DNA from: an uncultured Candidatus Saccharibacteria bacterium
GTDB taxonomy: Bacteria; Patescibacteriota; Saccharimonadia; Saccharimonadales; Saccharimonadaceae
Assembly (NCBI GenBank): GCA_964383445.1
Contig: CAYLGU010000001.1
Coordinates: forward strand, 4,492-45,006
DNA: 40,515 nt
Direction of reading: 5' to 3'
Shown piece by piece: positions 17,101 through 24,085 of this stretch. Position 1 is the stretch's first letter; every line of letters starts with the position of its first letter. The notes under the pieces were generated by a model. The model saw only the letters and a program-made list of their open reading frames with translations, was not told the origin of the DNA and made no database searches. Both the position numbers and the translations under genes were made by a program.

Positions 17101-17208
17101 GCCACCTTCGACTGTTCCGAGTTTAGGTCGGGTATCTTGACGCTCCATGCCCCTATAGGGGTCATTTGGCCGCAAAGCACCCGTGTCATCTGTTGGATAT
17201 TCTGCCAT
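14149..17208 (-). CDS. 1019-aa orphan polytopic membrane protein with a disordered N-terminus and a Cys-containing C-terminal extracytoplasmic domain
   Basis: Start moved to ATG 17208 (MAEYPTDD...); the 13 upstream codons of the track ORF translate the AT-rich promoter. Hydrophobic segments: LIALISLLLGGGGLMLGSQTLMPFALA; AYFSATGAIHGIVAAAQAAQFV; GISAGIGIVVDILGVFTGGIASIFKGIAKSIAMSTVMSVVLPFMLSSIIPVAA; GVTGIIFGISGTVASSVTSLL. The last ~320 aa carry 7 Cys. No family recognised. Confidence 0.75.
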   Translation of the reverse strand: MAEYPTDDTGALRPNDPYRGMERQDTRPKLGTVEGGNPNSASKASQAKLRLAGAEESASARSISATSGGSNEAKAAEQNQPFTSRVEGRKKDEEKAKAKGFFRNKGPLIALISLLLGGGGLMLGSQTLMPFALASRIVQEFNSMKTVMSGRSDSMLRFQLDTERYKNPTRTTIFGNEKFNLSKAQIKKLKTEGIDFMSLNVNGKKVKLLVYDDGSGKKQPILTDTDIKKVDADALDLAIKAESPDIEIKSSAVALGDAFDDFDGFRNGYLKSSKTWKGNIAGWFDSVVLKVLDRLNIGRNRFKKWQTASDIESGNSKFKEAITQKNQIEDEVSDGRKLTETDDPDSGGLREEGVDTGDRISSDDSILNKKNAQALQKALESKVVKVAQAAANVTCAYFSATGAIHGIVAAAQAAQFVDLVSGFLEARDKVMAGDGNSSPLTYYANALSTKDPNTGVSAMQAQGISALFSRININSSDTSVSAVNSESLMSKIKIMGMEAQFAADDFMKCAYAQGISAGIGIVVDILGVFTGGIASIFKGIAKSIAMSTVMSVVLPFMLSSIIPVAAEMIKKDILSDFVGEDLGNALVSGSNKYLGGNHQGGGGSPGDSDTVLAYRRETERILAEEAEYDRQTKSPFDLSSQNTFLGSLAYQMMSLSTNLSGVTGIIFGISGTVASSVTSLLPSASAIADTDLIVSQGDCPVLESINIMGDAYCNPYYTSDLSTAGLDPGQDVFETVANLRVADYKKVYSPLQSDASLCRVESAAEGTYWQYQYPTNFKYLEENHDDPSGCMLDVELDEELNPIINANSALGQYIIFCGQRSSAWGLADGNIASQMQQYNINTGVGGLDNILEGVVGAIPFVGDAKDALEAASNVQNAPWVSGQACVASGSNELWSENKYYQRYSEDQRWMESAGIIEESATVAVLDQYYESFPVDNSYEGVLSRYSGMTKEQVVATIDLINYLDFLADYDATELAPLAANPKAPDFVESVPDVTISDHDTAPTSNFVIYSTTRERSFAA

Positions 17209-17218
17209 ATTGATTATA

Positions 17219-17247
17219 ATTATATATATGCTTGACTTTTTTGACAA
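17219..17247 (-). promoter_or_regulatory. promoter TTGTCA-17-TATAAT for the 1019-aa gene; -10 ends 10 nt before the ATG
   Basis: Minus strand reads ttgtca-aaaaagtcaagcatata-tataat-tataatcaat-ATG(17208). No SD is present. Confidence 0.5.
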
Positions 17248-17260
17248 GATGTGCTATAAT
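17232..17260 (+). promoter_or_regulatory. promoter TTGACT-17-(TGc)TATAAT for the lipoprotein gene (copy B of the duplicated cassette)
   Basis: Consensus -35, a 17-nt spacer and an extended -10. It is followed by a ~50-nt leader with AAGGAGG 9 nt before ATG 17319. It overlaps the divergent minus-strand promoter. Confidence 0.6.
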
Positions 17261-17318
17261 GGAGGCATAAGTCCTTAATTAATCATTTTTGATAATAAAA
17301 ATAAGGAGGCTCTTTACT

Positions 17319-18023
17319 ATGAAAAAACTATTTTTTGTTATACTTCTTGTATTTTCTTTTGCAATATTAACTGGATGCGGAAAGAATGTGGCGGCTAATA
17401 GCGACAACAAAGAAACTCCGGCAATGAGCAACACAGATCAAACCGAGAACTCCTTGCTCGACCAACAGCCCGAAACAGAGGAAAGCGAAGAGACAACTAA
17501 AACCCCTGGCGGCCTACAAGACTTGACTCCTGTAGTAATCGACGCGGACACCGCGAACTCCTTCCTTTCCGAAGACTCGAAAGGTAGATTGATCTTCGAT
17601 ATAGAAAAATACGCAGAATCTCTAGGTATTACTTTTTTCTATGACGGATCCGTGCAAATGAGCTATCAAACTCCGAACGGTATTGCTAGAGCTTATTCCA
17701 TTCACAACTTTTTTGCTTTTTATATCCCCACCGAAGATCCAGAGGTTACACGAATCGTCAATTTCCAACCTTCAGACTACCATGATGTTGCCGAAGACTA
17801 TGAAGTATACGTACGAGGCGAAAACGTAAGGACTAGAGGGATAAACCTCTTAGCGGCTAGTGTTATCGGGATGCAATGGATGACGCAAGACGACGCGTGC
17901 AATACCGACCCATTTGACGACATAAAGAGGGTCGACCTCTTGGTGCGTGGATTCGAAGGAGAGGAAATGCCTGATTTTTGGGGGTTAGAGTACGAAATAA
18001 TCATGGAACTAGAAAAAGAATAG
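17319..18023 (+). CDS. lipoprotein, unknown function
   Basis: Start moved to ATG 17319 with a strong SD. The sequence MKKLFFVILLVFSFAILTGC contains the lipobox LTGC. An acidic, low-complexity linker follows, then a ~150-aa globular part. Confidence 0.75.
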   Translation: MKKLFFVILLVFSFAILTGCGKNVAANSDNKETPAMSNTDQTENSLLDQQPETEESEETTKTPGGLQDLTPVVIDADTANSFLSEDSKGRLIFDIEKYAESLGITFFYDGSVQMSYQTPNGIARAYSIHNFFAFYIPTEDPEVTRIVNFQPSDYHDVAEDYEVYVRGENVRTRGINLLAASVIGMQWMTQDDACNTDPFDDIKRVDLLVRGFEGEEMPDFWGLEYEIIMELEKE

Positions 18024-18042
18024 GAATAGTTTTAGTCAAATG

Positions 18043-18068
18043 AAGCCACCCATAAGGGTGGCTTTTTC
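18043..18068. terminator. bidirectional intrinsic terminator (lipoprotein gene / ftsH)
   Basis: Stem aagccaccc/gggtggctt with a 4-nt loop, then ttttt. Confidence 0.7.
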
Positions 18069-18088
18069 TTGGTGCTTTATTTTTGATT

Positions 18089-19972
18089 TTAGTGAAGCTT
18101 GGCGCTGGCTGGGAGAGTGGCTTTGGCTAAGATTTTGCCGACTTCCTTTTCGTCTAGAGTTTCTTTTTCTAGAAGTTCAGCAGCAAGCTTGTCGAGTAGC
18201 TCTTTGTTGGCTTTGAGCACGGCTTCGGCGCGATTGGTGGCTTCTTGAGTCAAAGCTTCGATTTCTTGGTCGATTAGTTCGGAGGTCTTTTCGGAATAAG
18301 CCTTGGCGCGATCGCCAAAGAAATTGACTTCATTGGTATTAAACACTTGGTTGCGGAGCTTTTTGCCCATGCCCTCTTCGGCTACCATTTCGCGAGAGAG
18401 TTCGGCAACATGCTTGAGGTCGCTGGAAGCGCCGGTCGTAACGCCGTCGTCACCAAAAATAAGTTTTTCGGCGATGCGTCCGCCCATAGCGCGGGCAAGA
18501 ATATCTTTGAGTTCGTAGATATTTTTGTAGCTGCGATCTTCTGGCGATAAGAACCAAGTGACACCCCCGGTGCGACCGCGAGGGATGATAGTGACTTTGT
18601 GAACTGGATCAGAATCTGGCAAGACATGTCCAACTACGGCATGGCCAGCCTCGTGATAGGCAGTAATTTTGCGCTCTTCGTCGGTCATGACCTTAGACTT
18701 GCGCTCTGGTCCGATAGCGACACGCTCGAAAGCTTCAGTAAGGTCGGCGTTTGTGATAGTTTTGCGGCCGGCACGAGCAGCAGTGATAGCGGCTTCATTG
18801 GCAATATTAGCAAGGTCGGCACCGGAGCTGCCGGCAGTTTTGGCGGCGAGAGAATTGAGGTCGACATTTTTGTCGGCTGGTTTGTTTTTGAAGTGAACTT
18901 TGAGAATATCTAGGCGGTCTTTGCGCTCTGGCAAAGTAACGTTAACGTGGCGATCGAAGCGGCCAGGGCGAAGCAATGCCTTATCGAGCATGTCGACGCG
19001 GTTGGTTGCGGCCATAACGATCACGCCCGTATCGTTATCAAAACCGTCCATCTCGACAAGGATTTGGTTCAAAGTTTGCTCGTCTTCCCTGCCTGAGCCA
19101 CCGCGTGCATCGCGCTTGTGGGCGACAGCATCAATTTCGTCGATAAAAATAATAGAAGGGGAATTTTTCTTGGCTTTCGAGAAAAGATCGCGCACGCGAG
19201 AAGCTCCCACGCCAACAAACATTTCGGCAAACTCGGATCCAGAGATCGAGAAGAAAGGTACGCCAGCTTCGCCCGCAACGGCGCGAGCCATTAAAGTTTT
19301 GCCGGTACCAGGATCGCCGGCAAGTAAAACGCCGCGAGGGATTTTGGCACCAAGCGATTCATATTTTTTGGGCTTTTTCAGGAAGTCGACGATTTCTGTT
19401 AAATCTTGCTTGGCAGCTTCGTTGCCGGCGACGTCATTAAAGGAAACTTTCTTTTTGTCATTGCCGTAAAGTTTGGCTTTGGCCTTGCCAAAACCCATTG
19501 ATTGATTATTGGCAGATTGGGCTTGCTTCATCATATAAACAAAGAAGCCAGCGAGGACGATAACTGGGACAATATAGATAGCGACGTCGAGAATATCTCC
19601 CCAAATATTGACAGGTTCTTCGATTTTGATGCGAACTTTACCTTCGTCAATGACGGCCGCGAAGCCTTGCTCCTGAATGGAACTGGAGGGGTCTTTGCGA
19701 GATATCATTTTGGACAATTCGGCATCTTCGCGGGGAGTAACGATGAGTTCACTGCCGCGGACAATGATTTCTTCAAGCTTTTCTTCTTTGGCGTAAGAGA
19801 GAATTTCAGTTAAATCTTTTTCTACAGGAGCATCAGAGGCTGGAGTCGTAAGCGTTGCCAGAATACTTGCGCCGATCAAAATAGCAAAAAACCAAAATAT
19901 GCCAAGTCTGATAGTGTTAAAAAGTTTGTTGCCATTGTTTTTTTGTTGTTGGGGTTTTTTGAGCCCTGCCAT
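18089..19972 (-). CDS. ftsH: ATP-dependent zinc metalloprotease FtsH
   Basis: Walker [24 protein letters not shown]; Walker [10 protein letters not shown]; SRH region [20 protein letters not shown]; zinc site HEAGHA. Two N-terminal TM helices. Confidence 0.97.
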   Translation of the reverse strand: MAGLKKPQQQKNNGNKLFNTIRLGIFWFFAILIGASILATLTTPASDAPVEKDLTEILSYAKEEKLEEIIVRGSELIVTPREDAELSKMISRKDPSSSIQEQGFAAVIDEGKVRIKIEEPVNIWGDILDVAIYIVPVIVLAGFFVYMMKQAQSANNQSMGFGKAKAKLYGNDKKKVSFNDVAGNEAAKQDLTEIVDFLKKPKKYESLGAKIPRGVLLAGDPGTGKTLMARAVAGEAGVPFFSISGSEFAEMFVGVGASRVRDLFSKAKKNSPSIIFIDEIDAVAHKRDARGGSGREDEQTLNQILVEMDGFDNDTGVIVMAATNRVDMLDKALLRPGRFDRHVNVTLPERKDRLDILKVHFKNKPADKNVDLNSLAAKTAGSSGADLANIANEAAITAARAGRKTITNADLTEAFERVAIGPERKSKVMTDEERKITAYHEAGHAVVGHVLPDSDPVHKVTIIPRGRTGGVTWFLSPEDRSYKNIYELKDILARAMGGRIAEKLIFGDDGVTTGASSDLKHVAELSREMVAEEGMGKKLRNQVFNTNEVNFFGDRAKAYSEKTSELIDQEIEALTQEATNRAEAVLKANKELLDKLAAELLEKETLDEKEVGKILAKATLPASAKLH

Positions 19973-20008
19973 ATATAAATTACCTCGCTTTAAAAATAAT
20001 ATCTAAAT

Positions 20009-20083
20009 TGGTCGGGGCAACAAGGATCGAACTTGCGGCCTCACGGCCCCCAGCCGTGCGCGCTACCACTGCGCCATGCCCCG
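20009..20083 (-). tRNA. tRNA-Pro (anticodon GGG), CCA encoded
   Basis: Hand fold on the minus strand: cggggca-tg-gcgc-agtggta-gcgc-g-cacgg-ctGGGgg-ccgtg-aggcc-gcaag-ttcgatc-cttgt-tgccccg-a-cca. Total 75 nt. Confidence 0.9.
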
Positions 20084-20125
20084 AAATAATATAACGAAAA
20101 GTACAAGAGCGATGGCCGCAAGCGT

Positions 20126-20181
20126 CCTCACGGCCGGTCAACGACCTTAGTCCGTGCGCGCTACCACTGCGCCATGCCCCG
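20126..20181 (-). pseudogene. tRNA-Pro 5'-half duplicate (no T arm, no 3' acceptor strand)
   Basis: The first 30 nt are identical to tRNA-Pro(GGG), from the acceptor through the 5' anticodon stem. The 7-nt anticodon loop is replaced by the 18 nt actaaggtcgttgaccgg. ccgtgagg is then retained, after which the sequence diverges with no GTTCGA. Confidence 0.7.
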
Positions 20182-20244
20182 AAATAGCTTTGAACAAAAG
20201 GGAGAGTACACCTGCCCTTATCTATATAATTATATCATGATTAG

Positions 20245-20503
20245 AGAAATTGAAACTTAAACAAAAACTGCATTTTGCACTCATTACAAACCCCGACAAA
20301 AAGAGGTAAACTAATAATACGAGAAACTCACATTCACATATTCATAACCACAGCCATAAAGCAGAATCTAGACTTAAAAACTCTGGCGAAAATCAAAAAA
20401 ACAGCTGCGAGAAATCTTGCACGAGGAAGACGTCGGCCATTCTACGATTGAGTTTGAACTACCAAACGAAAAGTGCGGAAAATGCGAGGATGTCAATCTT
20501 TAA
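20245..20503 (+). pseudogene. possible remnant of a cation diffusion facilitator (CDF) C-terminal domain, frameshifted and without a start
   Basis: Two frames joined at an A7 run read ...ETHIHIFITTAIKQNLDLKTLAKIKK / QLREILHEEDVGHSTIEFELPNEKCGKCEDVNL*. This resembles the CDF tail (..LHIW.. / ..I.H.TIQ.E). No start codon or TM region precedes it. Confidence 0.3.
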
Positions 20504-20528
20504 AAGATGTGACCCGGTGGCTTTAGGC

Positions 20529-21095
20529 CTATCTTAAAATGACGCCCGAATAGAACATCTGAAGCGCTATGAAAAATAGAGCGATGGTCACGCTCTCCCA
20601 AATTAAAATTTGGGGTTTGAGAATTTTTCTTTTTGCTATATATAATACGCAAAATGATAGGCTAAATAAAAATGCAATCAGGACTAATACGCCGAACGGC
20701 AAGCCAACCGAAACGCTAGTTAGGTTTAGCACGTAGAACAAAAATATCGAGGCGAACTGAACGCGCACGATGATTTTGTGGGCGCGGCTAGAAAAAGCGT
20801 TTTCGTCTGGCAGGTGCGGGAAAATTCCAATACCCGCCAAACAAATGGCGAAAATTATTTGCGACACAGAAAGGGCGACCGATAGGCTAGCGGGCAAGCT
20901 TGATGACGCTTCATTATTTATGAGCTCAATGAGAAATAAAGTTGCTGAAAAGATGCAAGTTATTCCAAACAGGATAGAGGATAATTTGCTAGAGCCAATG
21001 TGTTGGCTAATAGTGTAATCTAATTTTGTTTTGTGCTTCGTAAATATTATGCCAAACACAAAAACGAAGATTACTGGCATAAAAATGAATTCCAT
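20529..21095 (-). CDS. polytopic membrane protein, unknown function
   Basis: Start moved to ATG 21095 (MEFIFMPV...). The GTG at 21146 abuts the tRNA and lies inside its terminator hairpin. About 6 hydrophobic helices. Confidence 0.6.
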   Translation of the reverse strand: MEFIFMPVIFVFVFGIIFTKHKTKLDYTISQHIGSSKLSSILFGITCIFSATLFLIELINNEASSSLPASLSVALSVSQIIFAICLAGIGIFPHLPDENAFSSRAHKIIVRVQFASIFLFYVLNLTSVSVGLPFGVLVLIAFLFSLSFCVLYIAKRKILKPQILIWESVTIALFFIALQMFYSGVILR

Positions 21096-21103
21096 TAAAT
21101 ATG

Positions 21104-21112
21104 ATATTAGCA
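21104..21112 (-). promoter_or_regulatory. extended -10 TGCTAATAT, 8 nt upstream of ATG 21095
   Basis: Minus strand reads tgctaatat-catattta-ATG. No SD is present. Confidence 0.4.
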
Positions 21113-21121
21113 CCCGATCAA

Positions 21122-21143
21122 CAAAAAAGCACCTCAAAGTGCT
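21122..21143 (-). terminator. short intrinsic terminator after tRNA-Pro(TGG)
   Basis: Minus strand reads agcac-tttgag-gtgct-tttttg. Confidence 0.45.
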
Positions 21144-21149
21144 CACGAT

Positions 21150-21225
21150 TGGTCGGGGTTACTGGGCTCGAACCAGCGACCTCGGCGTCCCAAACGCCGC
21201 GCGCTACCAACTGCGCCAAACCCCG
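21150..21225 (-). tRNA. tRNA-Pro (anticodon TGG), CCA encoded
   Basis: Minus-strand fold: cggggtt-tg-gcgc-agttggta-gcgc-g-cggcg-ttTGGga-cgccg-aggtc-gctgg-ttcgagc-ccagt-aaccccg-a-cca. Total 76 nt. Confidence 0.9.
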
Positions 21226-21258
21226 GACCTTTGGATATTATATCATATATTTGGGCTA

Positions 21259-21267
21259 TGATATAGT
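21259..21267 (+). promoter_or_regulatory. extended -10 TGATATAGT, 6 nt upstream of ATG 21274
   Basis: Sequence tgatatagt-atatat-ATG. No SD is present. Confidence 0.45.
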
Positions 21268-21273
21268 ATATAT

Positions 21274-22761
21274 ATGAAAAAATTCTTAGAAAAGCACGGC
21301 AAGCTGATTGCCATCTTGGCGCCAATTATCTTTGGTGCGATTTATATGATAATTTGTTCGTTAAATTTAGAGCAATCTATTTGGTTCGACGAATCTTTTG
21401 GTGCGTATTTGACGCGTTTTTCTTTTGGCGACATCTGGACTTTAACAGCCGCTGATGTCCATCCGCCGCTTTATTATTTCCTACTCAAGATTTGGGCGGG
21501 AATTTTTGGTTATACGGATTTTGCTATGCGTTTTATGTCGGTATTTTTTGGGGCCGTAGCGATCGTATTTGCATGGCACTGGCTAAAGCGGAAATTCGGC
21601 GCAAAGCCAGCGCTAATCGCAACGCTATTGATGTCTATTTCGCCGATGTTTATTCGTTACGGACAAGAAATGCGAATGTACGCCATGGCGGCAGCAATTA
21701 TTTTTGCCGCAACATACGTTCTACAGCTAGCAATTGACACAAAAAAGCGAAAATTTTGGATTATTTATGGAATTTTAGTTTCGCTGGGAATGTGGACGCA
21801 TTATTTTGTAGCTTTTGTCTGGATGGCGCAACTCGCATACCTCATCTATAAATGCAAGAAAAAAATATTCCAAAAAGATATTGTCTGTGCCTATATTTTA
21901 GCCGTAGTACTTTATTTGCCATGGTTGCCAATACTGATATTCCAAACTGGCGTAGTGCAGAGTGGGTTTTGGATTCCAGAACCGAATTTTTCAACGGTTA
22001 GTAGTTATTTCACTAATACGTTTTTCTATCTCAATGCCAATGAGCTAGCCGGCTGGATGATGGTTTGGGCGAGCCTAACGGCGATTGCCTTGACTTATCT
22101 TGCGGTTAAAGCGAAGAAAAAAACGACACTACTTAATTTTATGGCTTTTGTGCCGCCCACACTATTACTAATCGCTTCTCTGCCTCCACTTAGTCCAGTT
22201 TTTATGGATCGTTACGTAGTTTATTCAGCGATTTGCCTATCATTAATTGCTGGCGTAGCGATTGGTATCGTTAAGTTTAAAAAGAAATTTACGCCTTTTA
22301 TCCTGACAGCTCTGCTTGCGATGGTTTCGCTGGTTGGCGTGGTGAATGTATTTAATTTTGGGAATTTTAATAAGTCTACAAATGGACAATCGGACGCCAA
22401 GGCGTTATTTGAAGCAGTAGCCTTAATCTCCGATGAAGGTACGCCGATAATAAGCAGATCAGAGTGGCTGTATTATGATTTGGCATTTTACGGGAACGAC
22501 ATTCATCCAGTTTATTTCGTCGACGCATTGACAACCTACGAATGGGGGTCACACGAACCGTTAAAACAAAAGGATTACGGCAAAATTATGAATTTTGAGG
22601 AGTTCTTAGACGAACATGAAACGGTTTGGCTAGTGGGCAGCGCAAAGAAAACTGCCGAATTAGATTTCGAATACGACGGCTACGAGATAGTCCAGAGCAT
22701 GTATTTGGACGTGAACGTCAATCAAGACGGCTATCGCGCGATTGAAGTACGTAAACTGTAA
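21274..22761 (+). CDS. GT-C fold glycosyltransferase (ArnT / GT39 / PMT-like)
   Basis: 495 aa with ~11 TM helices. The first-loop acidic motif is WFDESFGAY, followed by ADVHPPLYYFLLKIW. The C-terminus is a soluble domain. Confidence 0.8.
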   Translation: MKKFLEKHGKLIAILAPIIFGAIYMIICSLNLEQSIWFDESFGAYLTRFSFGDIWTLTAADVHPPLYYFLLKIWAGIFGYTDFAMRFMSVFFGAVAIVFAWHWLKRKFGAKPALIATLLMSISPMFIRYGQEMRMYAMAAAIIFAATYVLQLAIDTKKRKFWIIYGILVSLGMWTHYFVAFVWMAQLAYLIYKCKKKIFQKDIVCAYILAVVLYLPWLPILIFQTGVVQSGFWIPEPNFSTVSSYFTNTFFYLNANELAGWMMVWASLTAIALTYLAVKAKKKTTLLNFMAFVPPTLLLIASLPPLSPVFMDRYVVYSAICLSLIAGVAIGIVKFKKKFTPFILTALLAMVSLVGVVNVFNFGNFNKSTNGQSDAKALFEAVALISDEGTPIISRSEWLYYDLAFYGNDIHPVYFVDALTTYEWGSHEPLKQKDYGKIMNFEEFLDEHETVWLVGSAKKTAELDFEYDGYEIVQSMYLDVNVNQDGYRAIEVRKL

Positions 22762-22796
22762 TCTATCTTGCGAGTTGTAGTATAATACATACTAGT

Positions 22797-22872
22797 CGGG
22801 GCGTGGCGCAGTTGGTAGCGCGCGCGGTTCGGGACTGCGAGGTCGCCTGTTCAAGTCAGGTCGCCCCGACCA
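22797..22872 (+). tRNA. tRNA-Pro (anticodon CGG), CCA encoded
   Basis: Fold: cggggcg-tg-gcgc-agttggta-gcgc-g-cgcgg-ttCGGga-ctgcg-aggtc-gcctg-ttcaagt-caggt-cgccccg-a-cca. Total 76 nt. Confidence 0.9.
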
Positions 22873-22880
22873 TAACGAAG

Positions 22881-22908
22881 AAACAAACTTTTTAGGGTTT
22901 GTTTTTTG
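22881..22908 (+). terminator. intrinsic terminator after tRNA-Pro(CGG)
   Basis: Stem aaacaaac/gtttgttt with an 8-nt loop, then tttt. Confidence 0.55.
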
Positions 22909-22932
22909 TTGTGATGCTATAATTAATTCTAG

Positions 22933-23391
22933 ACGGCAAGCATAATTAGTTTTAGAAACGTAATAAAAGAATATAAAATAAAACGACGGCAGATAGTCGC
23001 CCTAGATGGCGTTTCGTTTGAGATTGAAGCGGGGAGCTTTACAGTTTTGACAGGGCCTAGTGGTTCCGGAAAATCTACAGCCTTGCAGTTAATTGGTGGG
23101 CTCGAAGAAGTAACTAACGGTCAGGTCGTAGTAGACGGGCAAGACCTTGCAAAATTGAGAGGCGAGCAATTGGCGCGCATGCGCTACAAGGATATGGGGA
23201 TTATTTTTCAGAATTTTTATTTAGATCCAAAACTGAGCTTGCGACAAAACATTGAATTGGCTGGGATTCTGGACGGCACGCCAGAACCAGAACGTAAAAA
23301 AAAGAACATGGGAATTGGTTTGCTAAATTACTTAGGCTCGTCCAGTTTTGATTGGCGTTCAATAAATTTCATGATGTCTTTGTGTTTGTAG
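22933..23391 (+). pseudogene. N-terminal fragment of an ABC-transporter ATPase (no canonical start; lacks signature motif and Walker B)
   Basis: The frame is open from just after TAG 22930..22932: TASIISFRNVIKEYKIKRRQIVALDGVSFEIEAGSFTVLTGPSGSGKST...IFQNFYL (Walker A and Q-loop). No ATG, GTG or TTG lies before the conserved N-terminus. The sequence degenerates after ~115 aa and has no LSGGQ or Walker B. The last 64 nt overlap the convergent DedA-like gene. Confidence 0.6.
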
Positions 23392-24047
23392 GCAACGGCA
23401 GCTAGAACAAAAACAGTAGTTATAACGGCAACAACAATCGGCCGGATATCCGCTTCGCCAAGACCGGCGCCAAGAAGGTTCGTCATGATTACTGCCGGCA
23501 AGCGTCCCAGCGTAATCATCCACATAAGTTTACGGATAGGAATAGTCGTTAAACCAGCGACATAGCACACGATGTCGTCTGGCAAACCGGGAATAAGGAA
23601 TATCAAGAAAAAGACAAAAGAACCTTTTTGTTTTGTGAGGTAATCAAATTTGTCTAGGTGTTCTTTTTTGATAATGCGCTCAACCAGACCGCGGCCGAAC
23701 TTGCGAGAGAGGAGAAAAACGAGGAAGAAGCCGATACCGGAGCCGATAATTGTCCATAAAATTCCCCACCAGCCAAAGATAAATCCGCCAACAATACCCG
23801 AGACTTGACCAGGGATTGGAGCGACAACGGTCTGAAGAATTTGGATGAGCATAAAAGCCAGCGGGCCAAAAATCCCAAGCGAGTTGATAAAATCAACGAT
23901 TTGCTCTTTGTTTGTGAGTAGGTTAGTAAGCGGGCCTTTGAAGATGATGTCTAAAACAACGAGTACGACACAGGTGAGGATCCCAACAGAAATGGCTGCA
24001 ATTTGGATTTTAACTTTTTTGCTGAGGCGTTGATTAAAAATTGACAT
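23328..24047 (-). CDS. DedA/TVP38-TMEM64 family membrane protein
   Basis: VAPIPGQVSGIVGGFIFGWWGILWTIIGSGIGFFLVFLLSRKFGR plus LIPGLPDDIVCYVAGLT are typical of the SNARE-associated/DedA superfamily. Confidence 0.8.
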   Translation of the reverse strand: MSIFNQRLSKKVKIQIAAISVGILTCVVLVVLDIIFKGPLTNLLTNKEQIVDFINSLGIFGPLAFMLIQILQTVVAPIPGQVSGIVGGFIFGWWGILWTIIGSGIGFFLVFLLSRKFGRGLVERIIKKEHLDKFDYLTKQKGSFVFFLIFLIPGLPDDIVCYVAGLTTIPIRKLMWMITLGRLPAVIMTNLLGAGLGEADIRPIVVAVITTVFVLAAVAYKHKDIMKFIERQSKLDEPK

Positions 24048-24055
24048 TGCTGATT

Positions 24056-24061
24056 ATTATA
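24056..24061 (-). promoter_or_regulatory. -10 box TATAAT, 8 nt upstream of ATG 24047
   Basis: Minus strand reads gctgtataat-aatcagca-ATG. No SD is present in the 38-nt gap. Confidence 0.4.
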
Positions 24062-24085
24062 CAGCTACCCGGTTAACTTACGCAA

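Noticed and set aside
17209-17247. TTG start at 17247 for the large membrane protein (track version, 1032 aa).
   Set aside because: The 13 extra codons (MSKKSSIYIIIIN) are a translation of the AT-rich -35/-10 promoter region. ATG 17208 sits 10 nt after a TATAAT box.
18900-19469. 189-aa + strand ORF, and several others between 18303 and 19813, inside ftsH.
   Set aside because: They are antisense to an unmistakable FtsH coding sequence. The composition is low-complexity (S/R/P/A-rich), typical of shadow ORFs opposite a moderately GC-rich gene, with no SD or promoter.
20126-20181. Reading the tRNA-Pro half-copy as an intron-containing or otherwise functional tRNA.
   Set aside because: There is no T arm (no GTTCGA/TTCRANY), and no 3' acceptor strand complementary to cggggca lies downstream before the next tRNA. 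The 18-nt insert replaces the anticodon loop rather than interrupting it.
21096-21146. GTG start at 21146 for the 205-aa membrane protein.
   Set aside because: It would begin 3 nt from the tRNA-Pro(TGG) 3' end and inside that tRNA's terminator hairpin. ATG 21095 has a TGCTAATAT box 8 nt upstream.
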